A DNA stretch of 64,000 nucleotides from an uncultured Gammaproteobacteria bacterium (GTDB lineage Bacteria; Pseudomonadota; Gammaproteobacteria; Steroidobacterales; Woeseiaceae), in assembly GCA_963698425.1 (NCBI GenBank), contig CAVOQR010000006.1:129355-193354 (forward strand), written 5' to 3'. A model generated the notes under the pieces. The model saw only the letters and a list, made by a program, of their open reading frames with translations. It was not told the origin of the DNA and did no database searches. This document shows positions 34,030-43,786 of the stretch, one piece after another. The position numbers and the translations under genes are program-made. Each line of letters begins with the position of its first letter. Positions within the stretch are counted from its first letter, which is position 1.

Positions 34030-34891
34030 GGCGCGGTGCAGGTCGTTGTGCCTGGCGAGCACCGGATCGTGCTGCTCACGCAACGCGGCTGCCAGCTTTT
34101 CCGTCATGTAAACAGAGCGGTGCTGACCGCCCGTGCAGCCAATCGCAACGGTCAGGTAGCCGCGATTGAAGCTCTGGTATTCGGGGACCCAGCGCTGCAG
34201 GAAGCGACGGATATCGCCAAACATCGCGGTAAAGTTGTCCTGCGCGTCCAGGAATTCCATGACTTCCTTGTCCTGACCGGTCAGGCCGCGCAGTTCGATC
34301 GTCCAGTAGGGATTCGGCAGGCAGCGCAGATCGAAGACGAAGTCGGCATCGGCCGGGATGCCATTCTTGAAACCGAATGACTCGATCAACACCGACAGCG
34401 TGTTGTGCTTGCGGCGATCGACTCGCTCACGGATAGTGTCAGCAAGTTCGTAAATGCTGGTTCGCGAGGTGTCGATGACGAGGTCGGCTGCGTTGATGAC
34501 CTCGGACAGAATCTGCCGCTCTGCGGCGATGGCGGCGCGGATTTCTGCGCCATGAGACGCAAGCGGGTGACGCCTGTCGGGTCTCGCTGAAACGCTGCAA
34601 CAGCACGTCGTCGCTCGCTTGCAGGAACATAATCTCTGTATGGATTCCCTGGTCACGCAGGTTCGCGATGAGTTTGGGTACGGAATCGATGTCGCGGCTG
34701 CGGTTACGCGCATCGATACCGACCGCCAGCAGCTGCGTTGATTCGTCGCTTCTGCTGGTGTTTTCGTCAATGACAGACTGCACCAGCGACGCGGGCAGGT
34801 TGTCTATGCAGTTGTAGCCGAGGTCTTCGAGTACATGCAGTGCAACCGACTTGCCGGATCCCGATAGGCCACTGACAATAATCAGGCGCAT
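34018..34891 (-). pseudogene. rapZ: RNase adapter protein RapZ (YhbJ) with a +1 frameshift
   Basis: ORF 34439-34891 has MRLIIVSGLSGSGKS...LLQRFSETR. The continuation RRHPLASHG...CLPNPYW...CTGGQHRSV is in ORF 34018-34770. The junction is near 34577. Confidence 0.85.
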
Positions 34892-35358
34892 TGAGGCGCG
34901 GCTAGCTCACTGCCATTGATCAGTGCTGCGTACAGCTCGCTGCTCGACTTGGCTGCTCGCAGTCGCGAACGAAGACCCTCATCGGCGAATACCGATGCAA
35001 CCATCCGGATGTCCGCGCTGTGCTCTTCATTGAGTTCTGTCGGCACCATGAGCCCGAAAACAAGATCGACAGGCTCGCCGTCCGGCGCGTCAAAGTCGAC
35101 GGCTTCTGCCAGTTGCAGAAGCGCGCCGTTAGCGGATTCGAGGCCGTCCACGCGACAGTGCGGGAATGCCACTCCGTTGGTCAGGCTGGTGCAGCCAAGC
35201 CGTTCGCGGCGGATCAGATTTTCAAAAATCTGTTCGTTGGTGAGGCCCGGTGTCGAGCGAACCAGCAATTCGCTGAGGATTTCGAGGCAGTGTTTCTTGC
35301 TGCGCGCCTGTGCATTGCACAGCACACTGTCCGACTTGAGGATGTCCTGAAGCTGCAT
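34882..35358 (-). CDS. ptsN: Nitrogen-related PTS IIA protein (EIIA-Ntr)
   Basis: Start at MQLQDILKSD (35358), 158 aa. The phosphorylation-site motif is NGVAFPHCR. Confidence 0.85.
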   Translation of the reverse strand: MQLQDILKSDSVLCNAQARSKKHCLEILSELLVRSTPGLTNEQIFENLIRRERLGCTSLTNGVAFPHCRVDGLESANGALLQLAEAVDFDAPDGEPVDLVFGLMVPTELNEEHSADIRMVASVFADEGLRSRLRAAKSSSELYAALINGSELAAPQCA

Positions 35359-35389
35359 AATATCGGGCTTTATCGGGGGCGGCAGGGGG

Positions 35390-35710
35390 TCAGCCGAAGC
35401 TACGCTTCTGGGCGTCCCTGGCGTGATGGTCAACGAGCTTTTCCTTGTACTTTCTGACACGTCGCTCGAGTTTGTCGACCAGAGCGTCTATAGCCGCATA
35501 CATGTCTTCCTCAACGGCTTCAGAAAATATCGACTTTCCATTTACCTGTACCGTTGCTTCTGCTTTGTGGCGCAGCTTTTCTACGGTCAGTATGCAATGC
35601 ACATCAGATACCAGGTCAAAGTGTCGTCCGATTTTGTCGAATCGTGCATCGACATAGCTCTTCATTGAGTCAGTGACATCGACATGGTGGCCTGTGATTT
35701 TCACTTGCAT
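35390..35710 (-). CDS. hpf: Ribosome hibernation promoting factor (short HPF)
   Basis: 106 aa, begins MQVKITGHHVDVTDSMKSYV, and lies immediately downstream of rpoN. Confidence 0.9.
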   Translation of the reverse strand: MQVKITGHHVDVTDSMKSYVDARFDKIGRHFDLVSDVHCILTVEKLRHKAEATVQVNGKSIFSEAVEEDMYAAIDALVDKLERRVRKYKEKLVDHHARDAQKRSFG

Positions 35711-35759
35711 TTTATAGTCTCCATTGCACGGGTTTTTCCGATTTCGGATGTTGTTGTAA

Positions 35760-37157
35760 TCATACAGCCTCGCGCTTCCTGCGCTCGCTGGATGACGGAA
35801 TATTCATGGCTTCACGGTACTTCGCAACGGTCCGTCTAGCAACCGAAATACCGTCGTTTGCCAGCACTTTGGCGATTTTGCTGTCCGAGAGCGGCTTCGA
35901 GGGGTTTTCCGAGCCGATCATCTTGCGGATCTTGGCGCGCACCGACGTCGACGACTGGTCTTCGCCGCTGTCACTCGAAAGGTGGCTGGAGAAGAAGTAC
36001 TTGAACTCGAATACGCCGCGCGGCGTGTGCATGTACTTGTTCGTGGTTACGCGCGAAATGGTTGATTCGTGCATGCCAACTTCCTCGGCAACATCGCGCA
36101 ACACCATGGGTTTCATGGACTCGTCGCCGTGCTCCAGGAATTCCGTCTGCCGCGTCACGATGCAGGTGGCGACTTTCATCAGCGTCTCGTTGCGGATCTC
36201 GAGACTGCGAATCAGCCAGCGCGCTTCCTGCAGCTGAGTTTTCAGGACAGAGTGATCGCCGCTGCCGCGCAACAGGCCCGCATACTGCTGGTTCACAGAG
36301 AGTCGCGGTACCCCGGTTGGGCTGATTTCCACCAGCCAGTGATTATCGACCTTGCGAACGAACACGTCCGGGATGACATATTCGGCAGCCGAAGGGCTGA
36401 CCGCCTGCCCGGGCTTCGGATTACAGCCGCGGATCAATGCCAGTGCGGCATGTAATTCTTCCTCGGTTGTTCTCATGCTGCGCCGGAGTTCACCGTATTC
36501 GCGGCTTGCGACCAGGTCCAGGTGGTCACGGGCAATATCGATTGCGAGCTTGAGCCCTTCGGTATCGTCTTGCAGTTGTCGCAACTGCAGCACCAGGCAC
36601 TCGGCCAGGTCCCTGGCGCCAATGCCAATCGGGTCCAGTTGCTGCACCTTGACGAGCGCCGCCTCGACCTCGTCAATCGAAACGTCGGCGTCGTCATCCA
36701 CGGCGCTGAGAATTTCTTCCAGGTCAACGGTGAGGTAGCCATCATCATTGATGGAGTCGACCAGCGCTTCGCCAATAATGGCCTCACGCGGCGTAAAGTG
36801 CTCCATCTCCAGCTGCCATAGCAAATGCTCGCGCAGGGTCTCACCGGACTCATCGGCAAACTCACCGATCGGGCGGCCTTCGCCGCCGTTCCAGCCGCTG
36901 TCGAGGATGCGCTCTGCGGACTGCACCTCCCACTGATCTTCGGCCTTGATCGTCTCCATTTCTGCGGTCGTCTCAGAGCTGGTCCTGGGAACGTCAGGCA
37001 GGTCTTCCATCTCCAGCATGATGTTCTCTTCCAGCGCCTCCTGGATTTCCGCATTCAGATCGAGCACGGGCAGCTGCAGCAAGCGAATAGCCTGCTGCAG
37101 TTGCGGCGTCATGGTGAGTGACTGGCCGAGCTTGAGCTGCAGAGTAGGTTTCAACAT
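35760..37157 (-). CDS. rpoN: RNA polymerase sigma-54 factor
   Basis: 465 aa. N-terminal LKLGQSLTMTPQLQQAIRLLQL and the C-terminal RpoN box ARRTVAKYR. Confidence 0.95.
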   Translation of the reverse strand: MLKPTLQLKLGQSLTMTPQLQQAIRLLQLPVLDLNAEIQEALEENIMLEMEDLPDVPRTSSETTAEMETIKAEDQWEVQSAERILDSGWNGGEGRPIGEFADESGETLREHLLWQLEMEHFTPREAIIGEALVDSINDDGYLTVDLEEILSAVDDDADVSIDEVEAALVKVQQLDPIGIGARDLAECLVLQLRQLQDDTEGLKLAIDIARDHLDLVASREYGELRRSMRTTEEELHAALALIRGCNPKPGQAVSPSAAEYVIPDVFVRKVDNHWLVEISPTGVPRLSVNQQYAGLLRGSGDHSVLKTQLQEARWLIRSLEIRNETLMKVATCIVTRQTEFLEHGDESMKPMVLRDVAEEVGMHESTISRVTTNKYMHTPRGVFEFKYFFSSHLSSDSGEDQSSTSVRAKIRKMIGSENPSKPLSDSKIAKVLANDGISVARRTVAKYREAMNIPSSSERRKREAV

Positions 37158-37164
37158 GCGTGTA

Positions 37165-37890
37165 TCAGAGTGTGAACTCTTGCCCCAGGTAAACTTCGCG
37201 CACGTGCTGGTTCTCCAGAATGTCTTGTGGTGATCCGGAGGCGATCAGGCTTCCATCACTAAGAATATAGGCTCTGCTGCAAATACCAAGGGTCTCGCGC
37301 ACATTGTGGTCAGTAATCAGGACGCCAATATCGCGCGCGCTCAAGTGTCTGATAATGCGCTGAATATCCAGCACGGATATGGGATCAACGCCGGCGAACG
37401 GTTCGTCGAGCAGGACGAACAGGGGGTTGGCGGCCAGGGCGCGCGCAATCTCGACGCGACGGCGTTCACCGCCCGACAGGCTGATGCCGAGCCCGGTGCG
37501 CACGTGGCCGATATGCAGTTCATCGAGCAGGTTCTCAAGCTCTTCTTCGCGACCTGCGCGGTCCAGGTCGTCGCGATTCTCAAGAATGGCGAGAATGTTA
37601 TCTTCGACCGTCAGTTTGCGGAAAATGGACGCTTCCTGGGGCAGGTAGCCGACGCCCAGCTTGGCGCGACGGTGCATGGGTTGAGCCGTGAGATCCTGCC
37701 CATCCAGCAGGATCTTGCCCGCGTCCGCCGCGACCAGACCGACGATCATATAGAACGCGGTGGTCTTTCCGGCACCGTTCGGGCCCAGCAGACCGACAAC
37801 CTCGCCGCTCTTGATCTCCAGCGATATCGACTTTACGACCTGCCGGAGTTTGTACTTCTTCGAGATATCCTGAACGCTCAAGATACTCAT
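37165..37890 (-). CDS. lptB: LPS export ABC transporter ATPase
   Basis: 241 aa with [24 protein letters not shown] and [11 protein letters not shown]. Confidence 0.95.
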   Translation of the reverse strand: MSILSVQDISKKYKLRQVVKSISLEIKSGEVVGLLGPNGAGKTTAFYMIVGLVAADAGKILLDGQDLTAQPMHRRAKLGVGYLPQEASIFRKLTVEDNILAILENRDDLDRAGREEELENLLDELHIGHVRTGLGISLSGGERRRVEIARALAANPLFVLLDEPFAGVDPISVLDIQRIIRHLSARDIGVLITDHNVRETLGICSRAYILSDGSLIASGSPQDILENQHVREVYLGQEFTL

Positions 37891-38519
37891 TGATCATCGT
37901 CTCCGGGCGTATCCTCTGCACTCTCTTTGGCACCCTCCGGAGGCGTGTAGGTAATACGCACACGGCCATCGCCATCTTCGGAGGCCTGCGCATTGATGCG
38001 TTGCTCAACGATGTTGTAGACCAGCAGGTTGGATGAAATCTGGTTGCCGCCTTCGGTAATCCTGGCGTCGCCGGAGAATTCGATGGTGCCTGTTGTCAGA
38101 TCATAGGAGAGGTTAGCGGCCTCGGCGTAAGTGACATCATCGCTGTCAGGTCGGGTCAGCCTGAAGGTGGCGGGCGTACCTTTTATGGTTGCCAGCGTCA
38201 GTTGGTGCTCCTTGAAGCGCAGGTCGGCTGAGTCGCATTCGATATGGCCGCTTTCAACGTCGATGACGACATTGCCGACGAACCGCCAGACGCTGTCCTG
38301 GAAGTCGAGTTTGCTGGCGCGGCCCTCATCGGCACGGATGCCAATATTGCCCTGCGACAGGCTCAGTCCCCGGAACATCAACATCGAGCTCTTGCCGTCG
38401 TAGTCGGTGGATTCTGCATCCAGCGAGATCGGCAAGCGCAAGTCGCCAAGTTGCGCGCAGGCGAGGCCGGGCAGGAGCAGCAACGGCAGTAACAACTTCA
38501 GTTTCATGAATCCGAGCAT
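37887..38519 (-). CDS. lptA: LPS transport periplasmic protein LptA
   Basis: Signal peptide followed by an OstA-like fold sequence. Position between lptC and lptB, with an ATGA overlap with lptB. The start could be ATG 38507 instead of 38519. Confidence 0.8.
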   Translation of the reverse strand: MLGFMKLKLLLPLLLLPGLACAQLGDLRLPISLDAESTDYDGKSSMLMFRGLSLSQGNIGIRADEGRASKLDFQDSVWRFVGNVVIDVESGHIECDSADLRFKEHQLTLATIKGTPATFRLTRPDSDDVTYAEAANLSYDLTTGTIEFSGDARITEGGNQISSNLLVYNIVEQRINAQASEDGDGRVRITYTPPEGAKESAEDTPGDDDQ

Positions 38520-38535
38520 ATCAGCATGGGTGGTG

Positions 38536-39093
38536 TCACGGTACGAACTTACCGCTCACATTTGATATCAGTTGCAGCCTGTTTTCGTCGAGAGACGCGC
38601 GCATGCCGGTGGCCGTCAGGCTGCGCGCCCCAATGCGAATCTGCACGCGCTCATCGGTCTCCGCCAGGTAGGCTGCCGGATCCAGTTCGAGGTAGTCAGT
38701 CCGAATTTCGGTATCGTTCCCCGAGAAGCCTTCTTCGCTGCGTGCCAGTACGTGGCCCCTGAGTTGCACATGTTGTTTGTCGTACTCGAGCGTCGCCGTG
38801 TCGGCGTCAACCATCCACGGCACATTGCTGTCTGGCGAATAACGAATATTAACGTTCTCAAATTCGATGACGTCCTTGCTGGTCTGCTCGGCATGCCGGG
38901 CACGAATTTCATACAACAGGCTGCCATCATCGGCTGTGCCGAGAATGCGCGCCGATTTCAGGTAGTAACCGCGATGGATCGATTCCGTGGGCGCCGCTGC
39001 AGTGACGTCCGGCCGATTGATTCGCGCAATGTACCAGCTGGCCAGCGCTGCACTCGTGAGCACGATCAGCAGCGCGATCATCCTTGCACTCAT
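38536..39093 (-). CDS. lptC: LPS export system protein LptC
   Basis: 185 aa with a single N-terminal TM helix. Position between kdsC and lptA, with a TAATG overlap with kdsC. Confidence 0.8.
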   Translation of the reverse strand: MSARMIALLIVLTSAALASWYIARINRPDVTAAAPTESIHRGYYLKSARILGTADDGSLLYEIRARHAEQTSKDVIEFENVNIRYSPDSNVPWMVDADTATLEYDKQHVQLRGHVLARSEEGFSGNDTEIRTDYLELDPAAYLAETDERVQIRIGARSLTATGMRASLDENRLQLISNVSGKFVP

Positions 39094-39599
39094 TAGCCGG
39101 CTTCGCTTTGCGCAGCGAGCACCAGGTCACAGATTTCGCGCACCGCACCATGACCGCCGCGTGCAGTAGTTGTGTAGTTGCACTGGCTGGGCAATTCGGC
39201 GACTGCGTTCGCCACGGCGATGGCAAATCCAACGCGATGCAGCAGCGCCAGGTCCGGCAAATCGTCTCCGACGTAAGCGCAATCAGCGGCATCGATACCG
39301 AGTTCGCTGGTCAGGGCCTCGAACGCCGCAATCTTGTCCTTGCAGCCCTGGATGACGTGCTTGACGCCCAGTTCCTGCATGCGTTTCGCAACAGCGCCCG
39401 AGCTCCTCCCGCTGATGATGGCGACGGCGATGCCCGCCTTGAGGAGACAGCGCACGCCGTAGCCGTCCTGGGTGTTAAACGACTTCGACTCGACGCCGTG
39501 ATCGGACAAATAGAAGCGACCATCGGTGAAGACGCCGTCGACATCGAATGCGACCAGTCGAATGCCCGCCAGGGCTGCCTTGTTTGCCGAGTTGGTCAC
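39093..39599 (-). CDS. kdsC: 3-deoxy-D-manno-octulosonate 8-phosphate phosphatase
   Basis: 168 aa with HAD motif I FDVDGVFTDG and YVGDDLPD. Confidence 0.9.
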   Translation of the reverse strand: MTNSANKAALAGIRLVAFDVDGVFTDGRFYLSDHGVESKSFNTQDGYGVRCLLKAGIAVAIISGRSSGAVAKRMQELGVKHVIQGCKDKIAAFEALTSELGIDAADCAYVGDDLPDLALLHRVGFAIAVANAVAELPSQCNYTTTARGGHGAVREICDLVLAAQSEAG

Positions 39600-40579
39600 A
39601 TTATTCCCGCGCGAAACAGATCATGAACATTGAGGGCACCGACGAGGCGGTTGTCGTCATCGGCAACCAGCAGCGAGGTGATTTTGTTCTCTTCCAGTAC
39701 GTGCACGGCCTCCGCCGCGAGCACATCCGCGCTGGTCGTCTTGCAGCCTGTGTGCATCACGTCCTGCATGGGCGTCTTGTGAATGTCGACCGCATCATCC
39801 AGCGAACGCCTCAGGTCGCCATCCGTGTAGATGCCGAGGATGCGATTGTCGTCATCGACGACCGCAGTCATGCCAAGTCCTTTCTCCGTCATCTCCATCA
39901 GGCCGTCACGCAGACTGACCTTTGGACCGACCGCCGGGATTTCGTCACCTTGGCGCATTACATCCGAGACACGCAACAGCAGGCGTTTGCCGAGGCTGCC
40001 GCTGGGGTGAGAGCGCGCGAAGTCTTCGGCGGTAAAGCCGCGGTTCTTCAGCAACGCGACTGCCAGGGCGTCACCCATCGCCAGCGTTGCGGTGGTGCTG
40101 GCAGTGGGTGCCAGGTTCAGCGGGCAGGCCTCTTCGCTGACGCTGACATCGAGATGTGCGTCCGCGGCCTTTGCCAGCGTTGAGCGAGGATTGCCGGTAA
40201 TTGAAATCAGCTTGGCACCCAGACGCTTGATAATCGGCAGGATGGTAAGGACTTCCGCGGTTTCGCCGGAATAGGAAATGGCCAGCACCAGGTCCTGGGC
40301 CGTAATCATGCCAAGGTCACCGTGACTGGCCTCAGCCGGATGCATGAAGAATGCGGGCGTCCCGGTTGACGCCAGCGTTGCGGCAATCTTGTTGCTGACA
40401 TGGCCTGATTTGCCCATGCCGGTGACGACCACACGGCCGCTGGTTGCAACGCACAGTTCGCAGGCCGTGACAAACTCGTCGCCGAGGCGTGCCTTGAGCG
40501 CGCCCACGGCGCGCGACTCGATATCGAGAACTTCGCTCGCGAGCGTTAGCAGTTCTTCCCTGGTTAGCTGGTCTTGCAA
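39596..40579 (-). CDS. kdsD: Arabinose-5-phosphate isomerase
   Basis: 327 aa. A SIS domain (GMGKSGH) plus two CBS domains. ATGA overlap with kdsC. Confidence 0.9.
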   Translation of the reverse strand: MQDQLTREELLTLASEVLDIESRAVGALKARLGDEFVTACELCVATSGRVVVTGMGKSGHVSNKIAATLASTGTPAFFMHPAEASHGDLGMITAQDLVLAISYSGETAEVLTILPIIKRLGAKLISITGNPRSTLAKAADAHLDVSVSEEACPLNLAPTASTTATLAMGDALAVALLKNRGFTAEDFARSHPSGSLGKRLLLRVSDVMRQGDEIPAVGPKVSLRDGLMEMTEKGLGMTAVVDDDNRILGIYTDGDLRRSLDDAVDIHKTPMQDVMHTGCKTTSADVLAAEAVHVLEENKITSLLVADDDNRLVGALNVHDLFRAGIM

Positions 40580-40612
40580 GTGCGTGCCCCGGTTTTGGCC
40601 GATGCGTCTATT

Positions 40613-41578
40613 CTAAACGTTTTGCGCGACAACGTAGGCCGTGTAGGCCACATAAGCCGAGAATAGCGCCAGCCCTTCCAGCCGTGACACCTCGGCTTTG
40701 CCATCATAGTCGTAGGTCATGGCATAAAGCACCAGTGTAAACGCGACCATGACGAAAATATGCAGCGACAACACGGACGGCGCCAGCGCTGACGGCGAGA
40801 TCGTAGCTGCCAGCCCGATAACTGCCAACAGGTTGAATATGTTGGAACCGACAATATTGCCAATTGCCAGGCCATATTCCTTCTTGATCGCGCTTACCAG
40901 TGACACGGCGAGCTCCGGCAGGCTGGTGCCGAGCGCGACCATCGTGATGCCGATTACGACTTCGCTCACGCCGAGAAACCTGGCTACCTCAATGGAGCCA
41001 TCGACCAGCAGTTCTGCGCCGATGAGCAAGGCCACCAGCCCGACCATCAACCAGGAAATGGCCGCCCTCATGCTGACCCCGACCGGGATTTCGGCATCGT
41101 AGTCGGTTGTCATGGGGTCGTTTTCTGCCGAGCGGTAGCCGAGCCTGACCATCCAGATAATGACGATGACGAGGGCGGTCAGCAGCACCAGGCCGTCGAC
41201 CCGACTCAGGAAGGAGTCAAGAAACAGGGAAACGGTGAGCAGCGAAACCGCAAGTAGTGCCGGCATTTCGCGGCGTAATGTCGCCGACTTCAGCTCGATC
41301 GGCCGGATCATCGCGACACAGCCGAGAACCAGTCCGATGTTCACGATGTTGGAGCCGATAGCATTGCCGAACGCGAGCCCGGGTTGGCCGCGGAAGGCCG
41401 CCACGCCGGAAACCAGGATTTCTGGCGCCGAGGTCGCTAAAGCGACGATTGTCAGGCCAATAAGGACGGGGGCTATGCCAAGGTTGCGGGCAGCGGCAGA
41501 TGCACCGTGAACAAAGCGATCCGCTCCCCAGATGAGGAGCACAAGACCGCCTATTATTTCCGCCGCGTTGACGAGCAT
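40613..41578 (-). CDS. yrbG: Ca2+/Na+ antiporter family inner-membrane protein (YrbG)
   Basis: Two alpha-repeats, GNAIGSNIVNIG and GNIVGSNIFNLL. Start chosen at MLVNAAEIIGGLVLLIWGADRFV (41578) by analogy with E. coli YrbG. Confidence 0.8.
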   Translation of the reverse strand: MLVNAAEIIGGLVLLIWGADRFVHGASAAARNLGIAPVLIGLTIVALATSAPEILVSGVAAFRGQPGLAFGNAIGSNIVNIGLVLGCVAMIRPIELKSATLRREMPALLAVSLLTVSLFLDSFLSRVDGLVLLTALVIVIIWMVRLGYRSAENDPMTTDYDAEIPVGVSMRAAISWLMVGLVALLIGAELLVDGSIEVARFLGVSEVVIGITMVALGTSLPELAVSLVSAIKKEYGLAIGNIVGSNIFNLLAVIGLAATISPSALAPSVLSLHIFVMVAFTLVLYAMTYDYDGKAEVSRLEGLALFSAYVAYTAYVVAQNV

Positions 41579-41619
41579 AGATATGTCGTGAATTGAAAGG
41601 GTCGCGTATGATACACAAT

Positions 41620-41862
41620 ATGACACCCGCAGAAATCACATCACTCATAGAGGCCGGCTTCGACGACGCGCACGTGCGCGTCCTCAGTGACGACAATACG
41701 CATTTCCAGGCGATTGTCGTCGCCGCGGAATTCTCAGGCAAGCGGCCTTTGGCGCGCCATCAGCTGGTCTACAAAACCCTGGGTGCCCTGGTCGGCAATG
41801 AAATCCACGCGCTGTCCATCAAGGCGTTCACGCCAGACGAATACCAGCAAGCCACAGCCTAG
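41620..41862 (+). CDS. ibaG: BolA-family protein IbaG (YrbA)
   Basis: About 80 aa: ...HFQAIVVAAEFSGKRPLARHQLVYKTLGALVGNEIHALSIKAFTPDEY. The start is ambiguous (TTG 41593, ATG 41608 or ATG 41620). Confidence 0.75.
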   Translation: MTPAEITSLIEAGFDDAHVRVLSDDNTHFQAIVVAAEFSGKRPLARHQLVYKTLGALVGNEIHALSIKAFTPDEYQQATA

Positions 41863-41885
41863 AGCCGGCGCGCGCGGGGCACCGC

Positions 41886-42959
41886 TCAGGGCGGATCCTC
41901 CGAGCGCTCGCCCGCGATGACCGTGGTTGCAAATTCCTGGCCGTCGCGCCAGGCAACGATATCAATGCGGTCCCCCGGGTTGGAGGCCGCCACCAGCAAG
42001 CGGGCCTGGCCCTGAGAGACAATGGCTTCGCCGTTGATCTCCAGAATCACATCGCCGGTCCGGAGATTGGCCGCGGCCGCCGGGCTGAACTCAAAAACTT
42101 CCGCCAGCAGGATGCCAACATTGCTGTCCAGTCCGCGCGCCTCGCGTTCGGCATTGGTCAGGTCTTCGGGCTGCAGTCCGACCCAGCCGCGAATAACGCG
42201 GCCGTTGACTTTGAGCTGCTCGATCACGCCGCGCACCAGGTCGACCGGAATCGCAAAACCGATGCCTTCGGTTCCGGTGTCCTGCGCAAGGACCGCCGTG
42301 TTGATACCGACGAGCTCGCCGCGACTATTGACCAGCGCACCGCCGGAGTTGCCGGCGTTAATCGCGGCGTCGGTCTGGATATAGTTCTCGAAGGTGGCAA
42401 GATTCAGCAGGCCGCGACCGGTCGCGCTGACAATACCCTGGGTCACTGATTTGGTGAGGCCATACGGATTGCCGATGGCCAGCACCACATCGCCGATGCG
42501 CAGGTTGGCGGAGCTGCCAAGGCGGATGGCGGGCACTTCGCCCGCATCGATCTTCAGCAGCGCGAGGTCGGTTTCGGCGTCGACGCCAACCACGACCGGC
42601 TCGACAATGCGGCCGTCGCTGAGCTGCACACGAATTTCAGCCGCCTCGCCGACGACGTGAAAATTGGTGACCAGGTAGCCCTCGGAGTCAATAATCACCG
42701 CAGAACCAAAGCTCGTGTCGACCCGAAAGCGGCTGCTGGCAGAGGGCGTGCTGTCGCTGACCAGGCTGCGCGTGTAGACGTTGGCGACTGCGGGCGCACT
42801 GATATCCACGGCGTCCGCATAACTCATCACCGCTGGCTCGGTTTCCGGGGCGACCCTGGGCAGCAAATCCGGACGCACCAGTACGACCAGAAATGCGACA
42901 GCCAAACCAACGACCACCGATTGCAGCAGGAAAACGAAGACAGATTTGAGTCTGGTCAA
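41886..42959 (-). CDS. degS: DegS/AlgW-type periplasmic serine endoprotease (one PDZ domain)
   Basis: 357 aa. N-terminal anchor, a His/Asp/Ser triad with GNSGGALVN, and a single C-terminal PDZ domain. Confidence 0.8.
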   Translation of the reverse strand: MTRLKSVFVFLLQSVVVGLAVAFLVVLVRPDLLPRVAPETEPAVMSYADAVDISAPAVANVYTRSLVSDSTPSASSRFRVDTSFGSAVIIDSEGYLVTNFHVVGEAAEIRVQLSDGRIVEPVVVGVDAETDLALLKIDAGEVPAIRLGSSANLRIGDVVLAIGNPYGLTKSVTQGIVSATGRGLLNLATFENYIQTDAAINAGNSGGALVNSRGELVGINTAVLAQDTGTEGIGFAIPVDLVRGVIEQLKVNGRVIRGWVGLQPEDLTNAEREARGLDSNVGILLAEVFEFSPAAAANLRTGDVILEINGEAIVSQGQARLLVAASNPGDRIDIVAWRDGQEFATTVIAGERSEDPP

Positions 42960-43195
42960 AAAAACTACCCGGTTTTGGCGACTATTCTGTGTCTGTGGCT
43001 AGCCAATTTTGACCTGCCCCGTGTATAATGCGCCCCTGTTTAGCACCACGCTCCGGGGCAACCTCAATCCTGAAGGCAAACCGGGCTTGCTGCAAATCTA
43101 CCAGATCTGAAATAAATCAAAATACACGCTCACGAAAAGGCTGTGACCAGCAAATTGACCACACCTGATCGAAGCGAGGCGTATGGGAGTGCCTG

Positions 43196-43786
43196 ATGAC
43201 CGACGACGACGTTGTCGATAGCAGCCGGCGTCATTTTTTGACAGTCGCAACTTTAGCAACCGGGGCCGTTGGAGCGGGCCTGGTCGCTGTTCCATTCTTA
43301 TCTTCGCTGAATCCGAGTGCGAGGGCCCAGGCCCTGGGCGCACCGGTGGAAGTGCCGCTTGGCTCGATACAGCCTGGCGAGATGATTCGCGTCATCTGGC
43401 GTGGCAAAGTCGTTTACGTGCTGCGCCGGACTGAGGAAATGCTTGCGCGGCTGGCGGGCCACGATGACGTGCTTCGTGATCCCGGCTCCCAAGTCGCGGA
43501 GCAGCAGCCTGAGTACGCGGTCAATGAAGCGCGCTCCGTCAAACCCGAGTACCTGGTGCTGGTAGGCTCATGCACGCACCTCGGTTGCGCACCGCTCGAG
43601 GATTTTGAGGTGCGTCCGTCTGAAGACTGGAGCGGTGGCTTCTTCTGTCCCTGCCATGGCTCGAAGTTCGACCTCGCCGGTCGCGTCTACAAAGGCGTTC
43701 CGGCACCGACCAACCTGGTGGTGCCTCCGCATCGTTTCGTTAGTGATGACCTGATCCTGATTGGTCAGGATACGGGAGCAGCATAA
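43196..43786 (+). CDS. petA: Ubiquinol-cytochrome c reductase, Rieske iron-sulfur subunit
   Basis: 196 aa. Tat-like leader RRHFL and Rieske boxes CTHLGC and CPCHGS. Confidence 0.9.
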   Translation: MTDDDVVDSSRRHFLTVATLATGAVGAGLVAVPFLSSLNPSARAQALGAPVEVPLGSIQPGEMIRVIWRGKVVYVLRRTEEMLARLAGHDDVLRDPGSQVAEQQPEYAVNEARSVKPEYLVLVGSCTHLGCAPLEDFEVRPSEDWSGGFFCPCHGSKFDLAGRVYKGVPAPTNLVVPPHRFVSDDLILIGQDTGAA

